Assembly (NCBI RefSeq): GCF_006345805.1
Contig: NC_042997.1
Coordinates: forward strand, 147,126,001 to 147,190,000
DNA from: Octopus sinensis
Lineage: Eukaryota
DNA length: 64,000 nt
Reading direction: 5' to 3'
Under the pieces are notes generated by a model. That model worked only from the letters and a program-made list of their open reading frames with translations, did not search any database and had not been told where the DNA came from. Position 1 is the first letter of the stretch, and every line of letters begins with the position of its first letter. Shown here one piece after another: positions 12,242-25,402 of this stretch. A program made the position numbers and the translations under genes.

Positions 12242-12395
12242 TTTACACCGGAGTAAACACATAAATGTGAAACAAAGTGGAAAAAAGATTACTCAAATAC
12301 CAGTGGTAGAGTAACATGCATATTACTCTACCACTGGTATTGAGTACTCTTTTTTCCACCTTGTTTCTCATTTATGTGTTTACTCCGGTGGTAAA
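12242..12395. repeat. ~73-bp inverted repeat with an 8-nt loop, between (TA)n tracts
   Basis: Arms 12242-12314 and 12323-12395 differ by three substitutions and two single-base indels. Confidence 0.95.
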
Positions 12396-13131
12396 TATAA
12401 ATATATATATATATATATAATATATATATATATATATCATATATATTATATATATATATATATATATAATATATATATATATATATAAATGTAAGTACGT
12501 GTGTGTATATATAATGTGCTTGTATATATATTTATGTATGGATGCATAAACACGCAAATCCACACACATAAACACACACTCACGCACACACACATTTGCA
12601 CTCACACACGCACGCACACATGTATATATATATATTACCACAAGTATGTGGACGGTCACTTTAAATAATAGAAATAGCATGTACTGGGCGAACGCTTTCT
12701 TTAAGATAGCAGGTTAGCGTTCGAATGTATATAAATGTATATATATGTATATTATACTGACATATATATCTACACCGCCCTCTCACACACACTCACACAC
12801 ACATGCACACATACATACGTATTTATACATATGTGAGTATATATATGCATACATACAAAAAAAAATATATTTGGTAGAATATCCATTTCTATAAATATAT
12901 ACAACTATGATGTTTAAATGTATGTGAAGTTATTTACATATAGATAGACGTATATAATACTGTGATATTTCGAGTATATGTGTCAGTTAGTGTATACATA
13001 TGTATGCATCCATGCATCTATGTATGCTCGTGTATGTCTATGAATGTAATGATACTTGTGAGTGTATATATATATATACATACACACCTGCATACACACA
13101 CATACACATATATATATGCATATATGCATAT

Positions 13132-13200
<69 letters not shown>

Positions 13201-13410
13201 TATATGCATTCATTCATACATATATACATACATATATACATACATACATATATACATAGATACATCTGTTTGAGTACATAAACTAGTGTTTTTTTTCATC
13301 TTACATTAGAAAAAGATTTACACAAATCCATTCATACATACACACACACACACAATCATGTACATATGCACAATATAATGCAAACATGTATATATCTATC
13401 TATGTATATA

Positions 13411-13477
<67 letters not shown>

Positions 13478-14167
13478 ATATGCCTTGATTATTGTCTATG
13501 TAGATATACAATTATATAAGCATATAGATAAAGATGTCTGCTGTCTATCAGTCTATCTTTTGTATCATCATTATATATATATATATATATATATAAATGT
13601 TGTGTGTGTGTGTGTGTGTGTATACATGCATACTCGTGCATACACACACATATGTATATACATGATGTATACACAGATAGACGTATACGTGTGTGGACAT
13701 AAAAACGTACATTCGTCCACAGAGTATCTGTATCTATATACGTCGTCATCTCTAAGAGTACTGTTGCAATGTAAACATATTTAATATCAGAATGTTATTA
13801 ATATCATAATTACCGACATTCAATGCTGCTTGCTTTGAACATCTCTGTAACTGTGCTCAGTTAAGCTTTTCTAATGAACAGCATCTTGTTATCATTCAAC
13901 ATCTGACTAGCAAGAGACCGTATCTTTCTCTTCTCCATTAACTACCTCGACCGACCAGTGTTCGCAGAGCGTACTTCGCTATTAACATACACACGCACAG
14001 ACCCTCTCCGAAAATATACACACACACACACACACACACAGAATCATCACACATCCAAAAACACACATACAAGAACACACGCACACACAAACACACTCCC
14101 ACACACACACACATATATATATATTCGTGTATGCATATATACGCGTGTGCAGACACACGCATCGTTC

Positions 14168-14188
14168 TCATCATCATCGTCGTCACCG

Positions 14189-14220
<32 letters not shown>

Positions 14221-14255
14221 GTCGTCGTCGTCGTCGTCATCAACATCATCATCAC

Positions 14256-14351
<96 letters not shown>

Positions 14352-14385
14352 CCATCGTCGTCGTCGTCGTTGTCGTCAGCAAAAC
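14168..14385. repeat. (ATC)n/(GTC)n tract
   Basis: Visible repeat. Confidence 0.95.
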
Positions 14386-14581
14386 CGTCGCATTCACATT
14401 CAGCGACACTGCGCCGCGCCGCGCCGCGCCGCGTCCAACGCACATCCATTCCCTGCTCGCCTCCATTCTGCTGCAACCCAACCGCCACGCTGCAGCGTAC
14501 ACCTGCTGTCTTTCGATAATGGTACTGTTATTGGTGCTGTTGCTGTTGTTGTTGTTGTTGCTGCTGCTACTGCTGTCGCTA

Positions 14582-14813
14582 TCGATGATGGTGATGATGA
14601 TAATGATGATAACGATGACTATGATGATGATGGTGATTACAGTGATGATGATGAAGACAGTGATGATGATGATGATGATGATGATGATAATGATGATGAT
14701 GGTGATGATGGTGATGAAGATGATGATGATGATGATGATGATGATGACGATGACGACGACGACGATGGTGATGATGATGACGATGACGATGATGATGATG
14801 ATGGTGATGACAG

Positions 14814-14852
<39 letters not shown>

Positions 14853-15196
14853 CGATGGTGATGATGACGATGGTGATGATGACAATGGTAATGATGATGA
14901 CGATGGTAATGATGATGACTATGGTAATGATGACGATGACGATAATGATATGACAATGACGATGATGATGATAGAACTAGTAATATTGCCGATGAATATG
15001 TGTGCGTCTGAGATGCTGCTGGCATTGGTACAGATGATGACGATCATAAATGTGGGTGGTGAAGGTGATGATGATGATGAGGATAATGACGACAACGACC
15101 ACGATGACGATGACGACAATGATATCGCAGCTGCTGACGGTGACGGCAAAGACAATAATGATGATATTATTGACGACGATGATGTTGATGATGATT
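14582..15196. repeat. (GAT)n-derived degenerate tract, complementary to 14168-14385
   Basis: Visible repeat; source of the poly-D and poly-M ORFs. Confidence 0.95.
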
Positions 15197-15419
15197 AAAG
15201 TTATACATATATTTAGTGCAGTGTTTGTTAGTAGAATATACCATTTCCTTGCTTTCAAGTTTGTAACCAAGCAACACACATATTTCGTCTGCTTCCTCTC
15301 ATCTTTCGCATCTTTTTCTCGATTTTTCTGTCCTTTTCATCTTCTTTACTCTTCAGTCTGCTTCTTGTTCCTAACTCTAGTTCCTCGTTGTTGTTGTTGC
15401 TGTTGTTAACATTTTTGCT

Positions 15420-15650
15420 GTCCTCCTCCTTCTCCTCCTCCTCCTGTTTCTTCTCTCCACCCCTCCCCTCCCCTTCTTCTTCTTCGTCTTCTTCTTCTTC
15501 TTCTTCTTCTTCTTCTCTCTTCTCCTTCTTCTTCTTCTTCTTCTTCTTCTTCTTCTTCTCCTTCTTCTCCCTCTTCTTCTCCTTCTCTTCTTCTTCTTCT
15601 TCTTCTTCTTCTTCTTCTTCTTCTTTTCCTTCTCCTCCTTCTTCGCCTGC
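15420..15650. repeat. (TCC)n/(TCT)n polypyrimidine tract
   Basis: About 230 nt, almost purine-free on the plus strand. Confidence 0.95.
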
Positions 15651-15999
15651 TCCTACATTTTCCCCTGTTATTTTTATTCCTGTACCATACTATATACTTC
15701 GTTTTCTCTTTTTTACTCGACTCCCTAAAAACAACATCGCATAAACAATAAAACAAAAGCTCATCTCTGTTCTCGGCTCCTAAGACCAAGATCACAATAT
15801 GATTTATAGACAAAATACACAATCTCTGAACCAACTAATTAATTCAATGCAACGTAGTCCATCTCAGTTTACTGAAGCCTTCCATAGTCAAGCAGAGGCT
15901 ATACTTACTAAATCTACAGTCACGTTAACAAAATAAAAAAGAATGGGTGGCGAAGTGGCAGAGTTGTTAAAGCGTTGGTTAGATAGTCTAGCGATAAAG

Positions 16000-16210
16000 G
16001 CGGTGATCTGGCAGAATTGTTAGCATGCCGGACAAAATACTTAGCGGCATTTTGTCCATCTTTACGTTCAGTGTTCGAATTCCGCTGTGGTTGGCTTTGC
16101 CTTTCATCCTTTCGGGGTCACTAAAAATAAGTACTAGTTGAGTACTGGGGTCGATGTAATCGACTTATCCATTATCCGAAATTGTTAGTCTTGTGCCAAA
16201 ATTTGAAATC
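16000..16210 (+). mobile_element. SINE family A
   Basis: Matches the family A consensus. Confidence 0.85.
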
Positions 16211-16482
16211 GATGTTTGCTCTAATTCTTACCGCTCTGAGTTCAAATCATACCGAAGCCAACTTCATTGTTTTGTGATCGATAAAAAAGTGCGAATCCAG
16301 GACAGAATCGTTAGAAAGTCGGGAAAGTGATTTGCAGTATTTTCTCTTGTCTTTGAGTTATGATAAACGCCTACGACAATTCAGGCCGAAGCCGGTGACT
16401 TTTCTCATGAGTTAACATCACTGACATTAAGAAGGGAGACTTGCATACACAGGTCTCTACCAATCTTTCTAACGGGGTAAAA

Positions 16483-16880
16483 AAGGCATGGCTTTGTGGT
16501 AAGAAGCTTGCTTCCCAACCACATGGTTCTGGGTTCAGTACCATTGCGTGGCATCTTGCGCAAGTGTCTTCTACTATAACCTCGGGCCGACCAAAGCCTT
16601 GTGAGTAGAATCAGTACACGGAAACTGAAAGAAGCCCGTCGTGTATATATGTTTATGTGGCTGTATTTGTTCCCCTCACCACCACCACCATCGCTTGACA
16701 ACCGATGTTGCTTTGTTCACGTCCCCGTAATTCGTAATTAGAGTTTCGGCAAACGAGATCGATAAAATAAGTACTAGTCTTACAGTGAATAAGTCCTGGG
16801 GACGAAGTGTTCGACTAAAGGCGGTGCTCCAGTATGGCTGCAGTCAGATGACTGAAACAAGTAAAAGAGTAAAAGTAAAG
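16483..16880 (+). mobile_element. Full-length tRNA-headed SINE, family B
   Basis: Head TGGCTTTGTGGTAAG..GGGTTCAGTACC, body GCAAGTGTCTTCTACTATA, 3' GACTAAAGGCGGTGCTCCAG..GACTGAAACAAG with a TAAAAGAG tail. Confidence 0.9.
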
Positions 16881-17112
16881 AGTCCTCGCTCAGGCCTCGT
16901 AGCCTAGAGCTTCACTAAAAATCTGTTCGACTAAAACCATTCAAGGCGGTGCCCCAGCATGACCACAGTCCAATGAATGAAACAAATAAAAAGCCGGGCT
17001 GCGATAGAAGTCTTATTCGGTCAAAGTTGCTATTCGTAGATAAGCTACTTACGATCAGAATTTTGGGGACTTCAGAGATAAAATGTGTTGATATTTAAAA
17101 CAATTATATCGA

Positions 17113-17156
17113 TATAACGTTTCGAACAGTTCGATCTCTGATCATCATCAGGTTAC
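17113..17156 (-). ncRNA. PLE-type minimal hammerhead motif
   Basis: Minus strand: CTGATGA-T-GATCAG-agatcgaa-CTGTTC-GAAA-CG-TT; core intact, stem II 5/6 bp, stem I not evident. Confidence 0.55.
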
Positions 17157-17352
17157 TTAAACTTGAATATATACATAATAAGAAACTGGATTTTAGCGAT
17201 GGGCTTTTATTTGCAAACTAAGTTTAGTTACAATAGTTTAGCTAACTATGGTTTTTCATGCAAATGGAATATCTGGGTTAACTGTGAATTCTATTTGTTT
17301 ATACCAGTCAGTGTCCAATCTTGTATATTTGTTCGAGGTTGTCGCGTTACTA

Positions 17353-17393
17353 CTTCGCTGATGAAGTCACAATAAGGCCAAAATGACGTCCGG
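17353..17393 (+). ncRNA. Degenerate hammerhead motif
   Basis: TCG-CTGATGA-A-GTC-acaataa-GGC-CAAAA-tgacg-TC-CGG; GAAA box mutated. Confidence 0.4.
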
Positions 17394-17770
17394 TGTTGTA
17401 TCCCGTACTCGTTAGAATAAAATATTTGAAACAGACTACTCATTTTTTTCTCCTCAACGCGTAATTACATTTCTAGTTAGATTTTAAATTTTCCTTGCGT
17501 TAAATATGTTAACACTACATTAAATATTTGTTATATTAGCTGACTTTAACATCGAATCGAATCAAAACTTCCTTTCACAAAACTGAATGACCAATCAGGC
17601 AAGCTTCTCAAGCAAAGTCAACAATAAGAACCAAAACAAGAATAAAAACAACAATGAAAAATTACAAACAAAACCAAACCAAAACTAATGACTTTCCTAA
17701 TGAACTAGCCTTGCTTGCTAATTACAAATTGCCCACGAATGAAACGCAATGAGTCGCGCAAATATAAAAA

Positions 17771-17822
<52 letters not shown>

Positions 17823-18375
17823 ACACACACAGAGAAACACACACACACACAGAGAAACAATCTCTCTCTCTCTCTCTTTCTCACACACAGAAAACAATAC
17901 ACACACGCGCTGATTGATACACACTAATTTTGACAATAAGAACTTCTACACTATCATCTGACCAGCTAAAAGCAATAGCCAAATACCTCTCAAATTGCAG
18001 AAATCAACTAACTAGTGTAGTCTTAAGCACACTTCTAGGACAAAGACGTGATGGTTATATTTATAAAGATATTGATCATAGTTTTGTCATCGATCAGTGC
18101 TGCCCAGGAACTTGTTATCAAGTTCTCCTCAAATCACACAAACGTGTTTTAATATAGGAAGGATAGATATAACGTAGTCCTGCATGACACTATGTCTGGA
18201 CAACCGACGCAAAATGTAACGTAGCAGCAACAGTTAGAACATCATAGACTGGATTAGGGTTGACTTATGGCTAAACAATAGCATATGGTTAATAATAATA
18301 TAAAGCAAAAAGAAAGAGAAATATCATCGGGGGATTTCACCATATCAGAAATATCGACTGACTTCTTTCTGTCGT

Positions 18376-19060
18376 GCTTCATTGAATAGCATTTAAATAC
18401 CTCCCAGGAAGCTTTGTTTAACATACCTTATTGAGAAAATGGCAAAAGTAATCAAACGCATGTGTTGGAGTGCATATTTCTTCGTGAATTTGGCCACCAA
18501 TATCTCCGCTAATAAATTTGGCGTCAAATTTCGAAAATGCTCTTCCCAGACTCCCCAAATAAAGGAGCTTGAGAATTTTTCGAAGCTGATTTGCTGAATA
18601 TGATCAAGATCGTAACATCAAATCAGCTTCGTTTGAATCTCTTTATAAATTCTTCAAACGACGCAATTTAAACAATTACCTAATGTAGACGTTCTCACCA
18701 ACAAGCGGACAACATATATGAAACCAACACTTGTACGCACACAAGACTCCTTACAAACAATGCGATTCCCTAGAAACATGCTGACATAAACGCTGAAGTG
18801 AAATAGCTAGCCACCCTCCTAAAGATAGAGGATCGTGTGGACCAGAAAACAACAGCCTTTCTAATCTTAAATGTAGACTGATCAACTCTTCCAAGAGCGA
18901 TACAGACATTGTAATTTTCTGATAAGATCCTATAGAGGATTTGAATGAGTATTCTACTCCTGCAGCCCTCCTAAGAATAGGGTAGCAAAAATGGATCGAA
19001 GATTATAACCAAGAGTTGTGTACTCATTTTGTTTACAGCGACATATTTCTGTGAACCTGG
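18376..19060 (+). mobile_element. Penelope-like element N-terminal/RT relic (Naiad-like by recall)
   Basis: Frameshifted peptide SLNSI*IPPRK...LIEKMAKVIKRMCWSAYFF...NKFGVK..KC..PQIKELENF/EADLLNMIK...INAEVK*LATLLKIEDR...AFLILK/CRLINSSKSD. Confidence 0.75.
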
Positions 19061-20016
19061 ATTCAATTTTCTTAGAAATTATTTGAACCCATAGATAGAC
19101 TTTCGCATTGTATCAGCAAGAAAGTTCCAAGGAATTTCCAAGAAAGTTCCAAGGCAGTTATGAATGGGAAGCAGGAATAAGGCAGTGATTAAATTTAATG
19201 TTCACAAACGTGATTGATTTTATCATATACAGTTATTTTTAATTAGCACAATTTACATTTGCATTTTATGCTCTGAGTCAAAACCTCATTTGTCTTTTAG
19301 CTGAATTTATTCATCTATATTACCATATGAAGTTTAATTAAAATAAAGGTATACAATTGGGTTTTTGATCTGTAACTGTAATACTACTTTTGTAGTGATT
19401 GTGAAGAATAATCATAGTTTTCTTGAGGATGTAGGGCATAGAAAATTTGGAAAGCACTATTATAGTTTTATTCTCTCATGGTTAAGATTCAGTTTGGTAG
19501 CCATATATTACTAATATAGTTATTCAAGGCTGGTAATATTATCAAGCTTTCCTTTCACGCAATTACTTTAAAATAGAAATAATGCTCTAGAGGTTAGAAT
19601 ATAAATCGTAAATATCTACAAATGGCATGGCCGTCTTCTTCGTCTTATTAATGTAAATTCTAGTTTGTTCGATGTGTCATGCAACAATATGCGAAGTCGA
19701 TTCCAAGTACTTCTGAGACGTATTATTAACTAAAACATTTCATTCATCTGAAATGGGATTTACGACAAATGTCAAATCTGATAGCTCTTTTGAGTTGTTC
19801 TAAGAAGTATTTCAGCTTCTGTTCTGATACTTCTGACCTAATTCTATGTCGCTTACTGTCCAGGAGAGCCATTTCTGGAAGATAAGGAAATGTTTATTAT
19901 CATTTCAAATCTTGTGAGACACAAATATTCAGATACACATCACTTCTTTTTTAATGCGTCTTGACGGTTTTTCATATCTCTCTCAATAATTTGAATGCTG
20001 CTTTTTAAAAAATAAC

Positions 20017-20120
<104 letters not shown>

Positions 20121-23100
20121 CTAAATACATACTTATATACATATATAACCAAATACTCATAAAAGTATATGCATATTCATATATAGTTATACACACATAC
20201 ACATATAAACAATTATATACACAAATATACATATATATACATACATGCACACATACACATACACATATATACAAACAAGAAGGAAATAAAATAGTTTTTT
20301 GTTTAGCTTTTATCAAAATAGTCAATAGACAGGAGGTTTTTGTTTATCAATGCAAAAAAATAAACGAAAATGAATAAATTAAATAATCGATTACAATATT
20401 GTTGTAAGAATGGACCTAGCTCAATCGCAAAGATAAAATAAATATCTTCTAAATTTCGACCACTATTTATACACTACTAAGTGTGCTCTCATTCTCCCTT
20501 AAATTCTTACTTAAACCTAAGATTCCAAGATTGACGGTATTGAAAAAATGTGAAGTATCGACACTGCTTTTTCGAGATATCACTGACGGTATCAAAACCA
20601 AATCCTTGAAAATACACAGCGAGAAAGTTACCCTTTACTCCATGTATTAGAACCAGGTCTCCTATGTGAATCTAGCCTTCTCTCTTCCCGCCCCAAGACA
20701 TAGAGGCCGAGAAAATAAAAGAGATTTGTCTCTTGTCCTTTTCATGGTCTCTATGTCTTTTGCCGTCATTTCCCTAAGAAACCATAAAAGTACACAGTCA
20801 ATTAAAAGGGATGAGCGAGTACAAACTATAAAGTACTCAAACTGTAAAGTAGACAATAACACGATGACAAAGATTATGCAATAAGCCATATAACAAATGA
20901 ATTAGCTACATTTATGAATATTATTTTACAGTGTAGAGTAAAAGTGAGGTTCAAACTGAATGACTGAAAAGAGACTATAATATGTTTGAAATTGAATTTG
21001 ATTTATGAATCTTTTGGATTTTCGTCGACCATGATGCCGCTTACTTATCTTTTTTTATCATGTGGATCCGATCGCATAATTATTTCACTAGATACAGGAT
21101 GTTTCCATACTCAAATACATCATATCAAATCTACTAGGTACTTATACCAAAGAGTCTCTTTTACGAGACTCTTTTCATAATAGTAATAGTAGTAGTCAGC
21201 AAAAATATACTTTCGCTAAGACATCTGCTAAGAGAAACAGATAATTAATTTCCTACTTGATATTCGCTTTCTAATTTTGTATTATTAGTAAACTTGTTGA
21301 GCATAATACATACGAAGTGAAAACATGAATACAAGTATAATACTAGTTGCTGACAACATATGAAATAGAAACAATTTGCTAATTTATTTGATAGATGCAA
21401 ATATTTTAGCTTAATGCTACAAAATCTCAGAATGTGTTGTTTTAGGTTCACTGGTGTTGGCTCTTTCATTAAATATTCACGAATAATTACAACAATGTTC
21501 TTTATTTTTAATTCATTGGAAATAATTAAAATTCAGGATCCTATGAATTTCGTACCCTGGCAACATTAACCATAGCAACGTAAGCTGGCTTTAAGATTCC
21601 TTTCACGTAATTTTGAAATTTAGTAAATTTACTTCTATCAATATTACCTTTGTCTTATTTCTTTAGATTTTGAGTATAAAAACTTAGCTTTTGTTTTCTC
21701 GACCTAGGGATCAATGATAAGAATAAACCCAGAGATTGCAGTGGTGCCAAAAATATCCTTGTTCATTTGTGATTGCTGTGCGCGTATTTTGTAGTTGTTC
21801 AACCATCCATTTTGCTTCAAGCATTTACTATATATTCCTTGGTAGATCATGTTCATATGATAAACTGTGTTGCTGTGGTTTTTCATCTGAAGCGTGAAGG
21901 AACTAAATCAGAAGACAGACATCAAAGTTTCTTCAAGGTTCTTTCAGAAACACAATGAGATACTTCTTGTATTTTCTAATAGAAGGAAAATTTAGATAAA
22001 GCAAACCATATAAGAGATAGCATTCAGTAGTTATTTATTTATCCATTTTTATTTTAGACATTCAAATTACTTACAGAAGACTTGTGATGTTGATCATCTT
22101 ATCATTTCACATCTTTTAAAACCCCTTGTATTGTTTTGCATTAAAAATATCTTTACTAAATAATGAGGTTTTTATTCTGCGTATGGTGACACACACGCTG
22201 TTTTAATTTCTGACGAATACAAACGTTGATATATCGTATGTATATCAATAGAGAATAGATAAAGCTATCATCATTAATATCAAAATCCTGAAGTTTATAA
22301 ATTCTATGATAAAAGGCAGCTGGGCTCGCTAAGTAAATCCAATATAATAAATTGTATTAATGAAATACTTGCGCAAAGCCAGCTATTATTTTTTTTATTA
22401 TTATTTCATGCAATTTACTGAAGTATCATAACTATTCTCTTCTTTGGAAATCTAATTAAATTACCATGTTTCATCTGAAAATAATAAATAGATTTATTAT
22501 TCACATTATAAACATTTGAAAATCAAGTAACATCTTTACGTTAGCTTTAGAAATAATTTAAATATACCGAAATCTATGGAATGAAAATCAATTCCAAACT
22601 AGCAGAGCTTGAACTATTTAATGATTTCTTTAAGTCTCACCGTTTCGTATATAATAGCAATTTCGTAAATAGAAATTATTCTGTTATATTGCTTATGACC
22701 AGTTTACTAATCTACTGACGAAGATTATAACTTATGCTGATTAATACTATCAGCAAATTCGTATACTAATATACTAATATATTAAACATAATATTAGTTA
22801 ATATACTAATATCCTGTTTAATATTCTAATACAGGAAAACAACGAGATCAATTATCATTGCATTAATTAACGTGACATCCAACCAACCAATCAATTAACC
22901 AATCAATTTTTTACTCAATATCAAATCACAATTTAGTCTGTTACTTTTATTTGACAACAAGCTAACTTTGATTATTATCTAAACTTGTGATCTATAGACA
23001 TCTCGTAATTTTTGTTTATTTTCCAGAAAAAGGTAACTCTTGACTACATTGTTCAATACACCTTTCTCTTCTCATAATACATATATCTACAGATTCGCAA

Positions 23101-24079
23101 TCGTGATTAAACCATATTAAAATAGTTAAAATTTCCGTAAATGTTCGTCTTTACTATCCCTGGTAATCTTCCACAGAGACTGAACATATTTCACAGTGAC
23201 GACTGCATCATATAAATTAACGTTTTTTTCTAGAGCTTGAAAATACTTCAACTTTATAAAAGACTTGAGCCTATTTCAGGGGACTGATATCCATCGTCCA
23301 ACCAGTCTTACTGACAAATACAAAGCATTATAAGCAGGTTATATACATTAACATTGATTACCTTTGTTACTACATACCCATCAAACGGTCTATTTAGCTT
23401 GATATACATGCCTTCATCCAATATCACAGTACAATCATCTATCCACCGTTATTCTATGAAATCCCGTGTCTTATATTGCTATAACAAGGGCTTTTACGTC
23501 TCTAAAGTTAGATAATGTAAATGTAACAGGTACACAACTGCTAGTGAGATAGGGCTTGCGTACCTAAACTGTTTGGTGATCTTGGTGGAAGAAACATTCA
23601 TGGTTCGACGCGAAAGGAAGGCGGTTGCAGCAAGGCATTGTGTGGTGCAGAGAACAAGATGAAGTAAGAGATCTTGGTCACCCACAACATCCATCTTCAT
23701 TAACAGTCGTCTTCACTTGATCTTGCCTCTGGATTGGAGATGGCCACGGAAGAGAGTGTGAGGTTGAAGGTGTGCACATCTTCTTCACCTTCAAGAAAGT
23801 CAACACCAATGTTTATCACTCAATGTGTAATAATTGCACCTAAACTGACTCGCAACACACCTCTACTCCAGTCCCTGCATTGGACACTTTATTCAATCAT
23901 TGCTGTAGTGGTTTAGTACCAGCTGAGAGCTGTATGAGCAGATTTACGATCTAGAATGCTTCGATCATGACAACCTTGCTCTTTCTTCAAAAGTGCATGC
24001 TTCAAGGTCCCTGTATATCTTGTGAGAACATGGATTTTCACATGGAAAGTTCGTCTCCAAGGCGTAAAGTTATTCGTTT

Positions 24080-24326
24080 ATTTGTTTCAGTCATTTGACT
24101 GCTTCCATGCTGGAGCATCGCCTTTAGTCGAACACATCGATCCGAGGACTTATTGTTTGTAAGCCTAATACTTAATCTATCGGTCTGTTTTGCCGAACCG
24201 CTAAGTTACAGGGACGTAAGCACACCAACATCAGTTGTCAAATGATGGTAGGGAGACAAACACACGAACAGACACACATCCATCCATCCATCCATCCATC
24301 CATCCATCCATACACACACACACACA

Positions 24327-24373
<47 letters not shown>

Positions 24374-24540
24374 CATACGACGAGGTTATTTCAGTTTTCG
24401 TCTACCAAATCCATTCACAAGGCTTTGGTCGGCCTGAAGCTATATTAGAAGACACTTGCTCAAGGTGTCACCCAGTGGCACTGAACCCGGAACCATGTCG
24501 TTAGTAAGCAAGCTATTTACCACACAGCCACTCCTGCGCC
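24080..24540 (-). mobile_element. Full-length SINE family B with an expanded internal microsatellite
   Basis: Reverse complement of the 16483 copy. Confidence 0.9.
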
Positions 24541-25324
24541 ACTCCTGGTTAGTTATTTTAAATAGAAAATCGCAAGATGCCAATGAATGAGTCTCTCCTC
24601 TCTATATCGTCGATGACAAGAACAAAGGTCTATACAGTTTGGTACCGGTGTCGTCGCAGGTGTTATCATCAGAGTGCAAAAGAAAGAAACAGATAAAAGG
24701 CATCTCTTCTGACGCTCCAACAATTATGTTTATTCATCATTTGTACTGGTGTTTTATCTATGTATAACTTTCATTATCGCTAATGAAAGTTTCTTCGCAA
24801 TGTTTCAATATTACTTAAGGCGGCGAGCTGGTGGAATTAATGTAGGGCAAATTCGACCTTGGTGAGATTTGATCTTAAAACACCGAGATCTGGAAGAAAT
24901 ACAAGACATTCTGCCCAACGCCTTAATGACCTTACTATATATCTAGGATTATATATCTCGGACAAGTTTTTGCTCTCTTTCCAAGGGAGTAAAATGTAAT
25001 TCTATGGAGATTTGTTTGATATTTCTAACTATCAGCCAAATCTTTACCTCATGATTCTGTCTAGAGGTGAGCATTCTTGGAACTATTCCTCCGCAAATAT
25101 TTTTTTATTTCATAAAATTGTTTTTTTAATTTAAAGGGAAAACATTTGACAAGTCAGTCAGTCGCCTGCTGACACTCGTTGACGCTACATCGAAGAGGCC
25201 AGGGAACAGAAGAAAGAAGAAGAAAGAAGACATGCACCCAACACCAGAGCTGAAGACACATCCGAAAGGGGGGGGGGACGCTACGTCAAAATGGTAGAAG
25301 AGTAGGGGCCGAAACCGGACGTGG

Positions 25325-25402
25325 TTCCTCCTGATGATGTCTTGAGCTAACTGGATCCTATAAAGGAGCTGCTGTTGTGGTAGCAGACCACGAAACACGG
25401 TT
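25325..25402 (+). ncRNA. Degenerate long-loop hammerhead-like motif
   Basis: CTGATGA-TGTCT...AGACCA-C-GAAA-CACGG-TT; stem I poorly paired. Confidence 0.35.

Noticed and set aside
13958-15198. 331-aa and 355-aa ORFs with poly-Asp/His/Met, resembling acidic biomineralisation proteins
   Set aside because: Open in several frames on both strands because they are trinucleotide microsatellites; no signal peptide or splice context
21550-21585. RFX X-box-like pair (GTACCCTGGCAAC, TTAACCATAGCAAC)
   Set aside because: Only half-sites match the consensus and no TSS evidence exists
21700-21960. Short ORFs and acceptor-like sites on both strands
   Set aside because: Every plausible frame hits stops and no family is recognised
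23560-23900. Possible APE endonuclease relic (FGDLG...CGAEN...SSLDL)
   Set aside because: Motifs need several frameshifts and are too weak to assign
24640-24680. Other CTGANGA hits (24667-, 26087-, 40079-, 52155-, 59788-, 62567+)
   Set aside because: They lack a correctly placed GAAA or paired stems; at best very old relics
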